Of a stretch of 64,000 nt of DNA, positions 61,266 to 64,000 are shown one piece after another; position 1 is the first letter of the stretch; every line of letters begins with the position of its first letter. The notes beneath the pieces were generated by a model that was given only the letters and a program-made list of their open reading frames with translations, did not search any database and was not told where the DNA came from. The position numbers were made by a program, and so were the translations under genes. Source of the DNA: Selaginella moellendorffii (Eukaryota; Plantae; Lycopodiophyta); the NCBI RefSeq assembly GCF_000143415.4, contig NW_003314279.1, positions 1,040,091-1,104,090 of the forward strand, written 5' to 3'.

Positions 61266-63534
61266 GAATCTAATGGAGTAGCCAACTCCAAATGCAATTG
61301 GATCCACATTCTCATTCTACTATCTAGATTTATACAACATTTGTGAATGCATATATATCTATATAGGTTTCTTCAGTTATGGCACTGTGGTGGTTTCAAT
61401 ACCTTTTATAGCAATTTATACAATATAGAAACCTTTAGTTTGAAAATGATATAAATATTTGCCTCTAGAATTACTAAAGATGTGGTTAGTTTCTCTGCCA
61501 GAACTACAATATTAATTTTAATATGTAACATTGTAATTGTATTAGTGTCTTTTACCGCATATGTTAAAACCATATTGAAAAGTATATAAATATTTATCAC
61601 AAATTTTACTGAAGTTGCAGATGGTTTCTCCAATAAAATAATGACCTCATTAAAGTGTAATTCTTTATTAATCTCAAATTGAAGTTACTCATTTTTTACA
61701 AACATTTATTAAATTAGAAAATATATAAAACTTGAAAGTAATATGTCATTCTTCTTTTGTCATTTGCAATATGTTCATTAAATTATTTGACATGTGATTC
61801 CATCTCCTCCTCCAATATAGTTTTTTTTTTATAACCTTTATAGTTTTTTATATATAGCAAGTTCATAAAAATATTGAAGTATTTCAAGAGTGGTGGTGTA
61901 CTCATTCTAGCTGTTGTAGCTTTTATTAAATTTATTATTATACTTTACAGTTTTAATATAAGATTTCAGCCAATAAATATCCTTCTACATTTGAAAACAA
62001 TTACAGAAATTATATGGTTTTAATTTAGAAAGTTTATACTTTAGTTTTTAGTGATGAACAAAATTGTGAAATCCCAACCACCTTGCTAATGAATGACATG
62101 TGCAAATCATCCAATGGCTTTAATTTTAACAAATATATTTTATAAGAATGATTTTCATGTTGTTTTTTATCCATTTGCATTAGATTCTTAAATCCTAAAA
62201 TATGTAAAATTGCATTATAGTTTCATCTAGCAAGTGCTCATACTTGCCCAAATCCTTCACCATCTACTTAACTTTTTTGAAACATTATTATAGACTAATT
62301 TTTTTCTTAGTAATATGGTAGCTATGGTCACTCAATTTTTTGATCATATAAATATTCAATGAGTAGCTAGATATAGTTAGCCTTTGCTAAAATATGCATC
62401 ATTGTAATTCAAAAACACTTGCAGAAGCTTATGTTACAAGTTATTTCCCTTTAGTGGTGCATAGAATCCTTTTCTTATGCATTTTCTTACCATTTGTATC
62501 TTGTGTCACATGACACTCTAATGATATTTGAGTAAAAAACCACCACTTATTAAAGGGAGATTCCTCATCCAAAACACTTCCACACTTTTTGATTTGCATT
62601 TAAGTTGAACAAAAGTTTGCTTTCTATCCAGTAAAATCCATATAATTTTTACTAAAAGTAAAAACTATACAATTTTTTACCTGATACAAGATTCTTCATC
62701 ACTCTACAAGTCTTTATTGCATCCTGTGTGGCAAACTCTAGAAACTTTTCATGTTTGACCTTAAGTAGATCCTCACTAATATACCTAAGTGCCAACAGCA
62801 CATAACAAATCATTTAGTTTTGACTTACATAGCTCTTTAAATCAAATATAAGTCATAGTCATTCTTGTGAATATAAAAAGGGAAGAAAACATCAATAGAA
62901 GAAATAGTGGAAGAAAAACAAAGTAGAAACTTAATTGATAGTGGCATTCATGGTACATAATGCAACTCTTCTTACTTTTACTGCTAATCTTTATATAATT
63001 AATATGGTCAACCTTATTTAATAAGATGCTCCCTAAGCATAATCACTGGGACTATGTCTAAACTCAAGACCCCTTGAGCATGGCCACTATAATATGTGTG
63101 TATGAAGCAAGGCATTTATGTCAGCTTTTATAAAAGACCCTTCTTGCCACAAAAATACAGTCACACATATTCTCTCTTGCCACGAAAATACACTCACATG
63201 TATTCTCTTATGTTCCTTTCATTCATAAGAGAAAAGAGAAAAAGTGGTGGATGTGATGGCCGAGCTCTTTTGGTATGTGTTGTACCCATATAGACTACCA
63301 GAAGAAGACTTTTGATATGTTAGAAGTTTTAGTTGAATTTCAAGGAATTCTTACATCTAATGGGACATTTTCAGTCTTTAACCAGAGAAGATCTTTGATC
63401 CACGCTAGAAAAGACAACACATTGAATACTAGTGGGAGGATACTTTGAAAATGTGTTCATTTGCACCCCTGCATCACTATGATATATATATCAATATATA
63501 TCATTGCTCTGCAATCCTAGTTTTTAGGTAGTAA

Positions 63535-64000
63535 ATGGCTATAAAATTATTTCAATGTTTTCTACTATTGTTGAGCATTCTTTGCTGCACAAGAGCTTGG
63601 GAAGTAGAAGAGCTGAATGCACTTTTGGCTTTTAAAGAAAGTGTTACAAATCATAGCAGCAGCAGTGTATTTCTGCCAAACTGGAGTAAGAGTAACTCTC
63701 AAGAACTATGCTTCTTTTGGGCAGGAGTTTCCTCCAACAACAACACTGGTCATGTTCAAGAGCTCAATTTCTCTGGCTGGATGCTTAGGGGAAACTTTAA
63801 CTCCCTCTTCTTTGGGCTTACTCATCTCACTACCATCTACCTCTCTGCTAATGCTATTCAAGGAGAAATTCCTTAGTAAGTTACACAATTTGACATCTTT
63901 GAATCTCCAAAGCAACAATTTATCCAGCAACATTCCAATTGAAATGGGAAAGCTCTTGAAGCTTAAGTACATGAAACTAAGAGATAATTTTCTCAGTGGG
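63535..64000 (+). pseudogene. Second LRR-RLP copy (5' part; frameshifting deletion and TAG at 63874; runs off the window)
   Basis: MAIKLFQCFLLLLSILCC...ELNALLAFK...FWAGVS...GHVQELNFSG; paralog of the gene at 57373. Confidence 0.85.

Overview
Eukaryotic plant DNA, most likely the lycophyte Selaginella. This is inferred from 47-106 nt introns, very short intergenic gaps, SS-rich PLS-E PPR genes and a Tcn1/Tf1-like chromovirus. Positions 1-12.4 kb are gene-dense: the 3' end of a WAT1/EamA transporter, an ERD15-like PAM2 protein, an EBS/SHL BAH-PHD protein, an ATL RING-H2 ligase and three PPR genes. A tandemly duplicated host unit follows (promoter block, PPR, tRNA-Asp remnant, PPR pseudogene, AT-rich spacer, LRR-RLP pseudogene), with unit 1 at about 9580-60200 and unit 2 at 60205 to beyond 64000. 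Unit 1 is split by a single 40.5 kb nested transposon stack (15507-56036, TSD CATGG). The stack resolves into 8 insertions: an old solo LTR (B'), decayed LTR element C, two non-coding LARD-type elements (A1, A2), an A solo LTR (A3), self-priming chromovirus D, a TIR element carrying an FCP1/HAD-like phosphatase gene, and chromovirus B. The best lead for a new system is chromovirus B. Its integrase is interrupted by host-sized, spliceosomal-intron-like inserts, and B shares with the non-coding A elements a covarying multi-hairpin RNA module containing twin T-loop/B-box motifs. All alignments and folds were done by eye; no searches were run.
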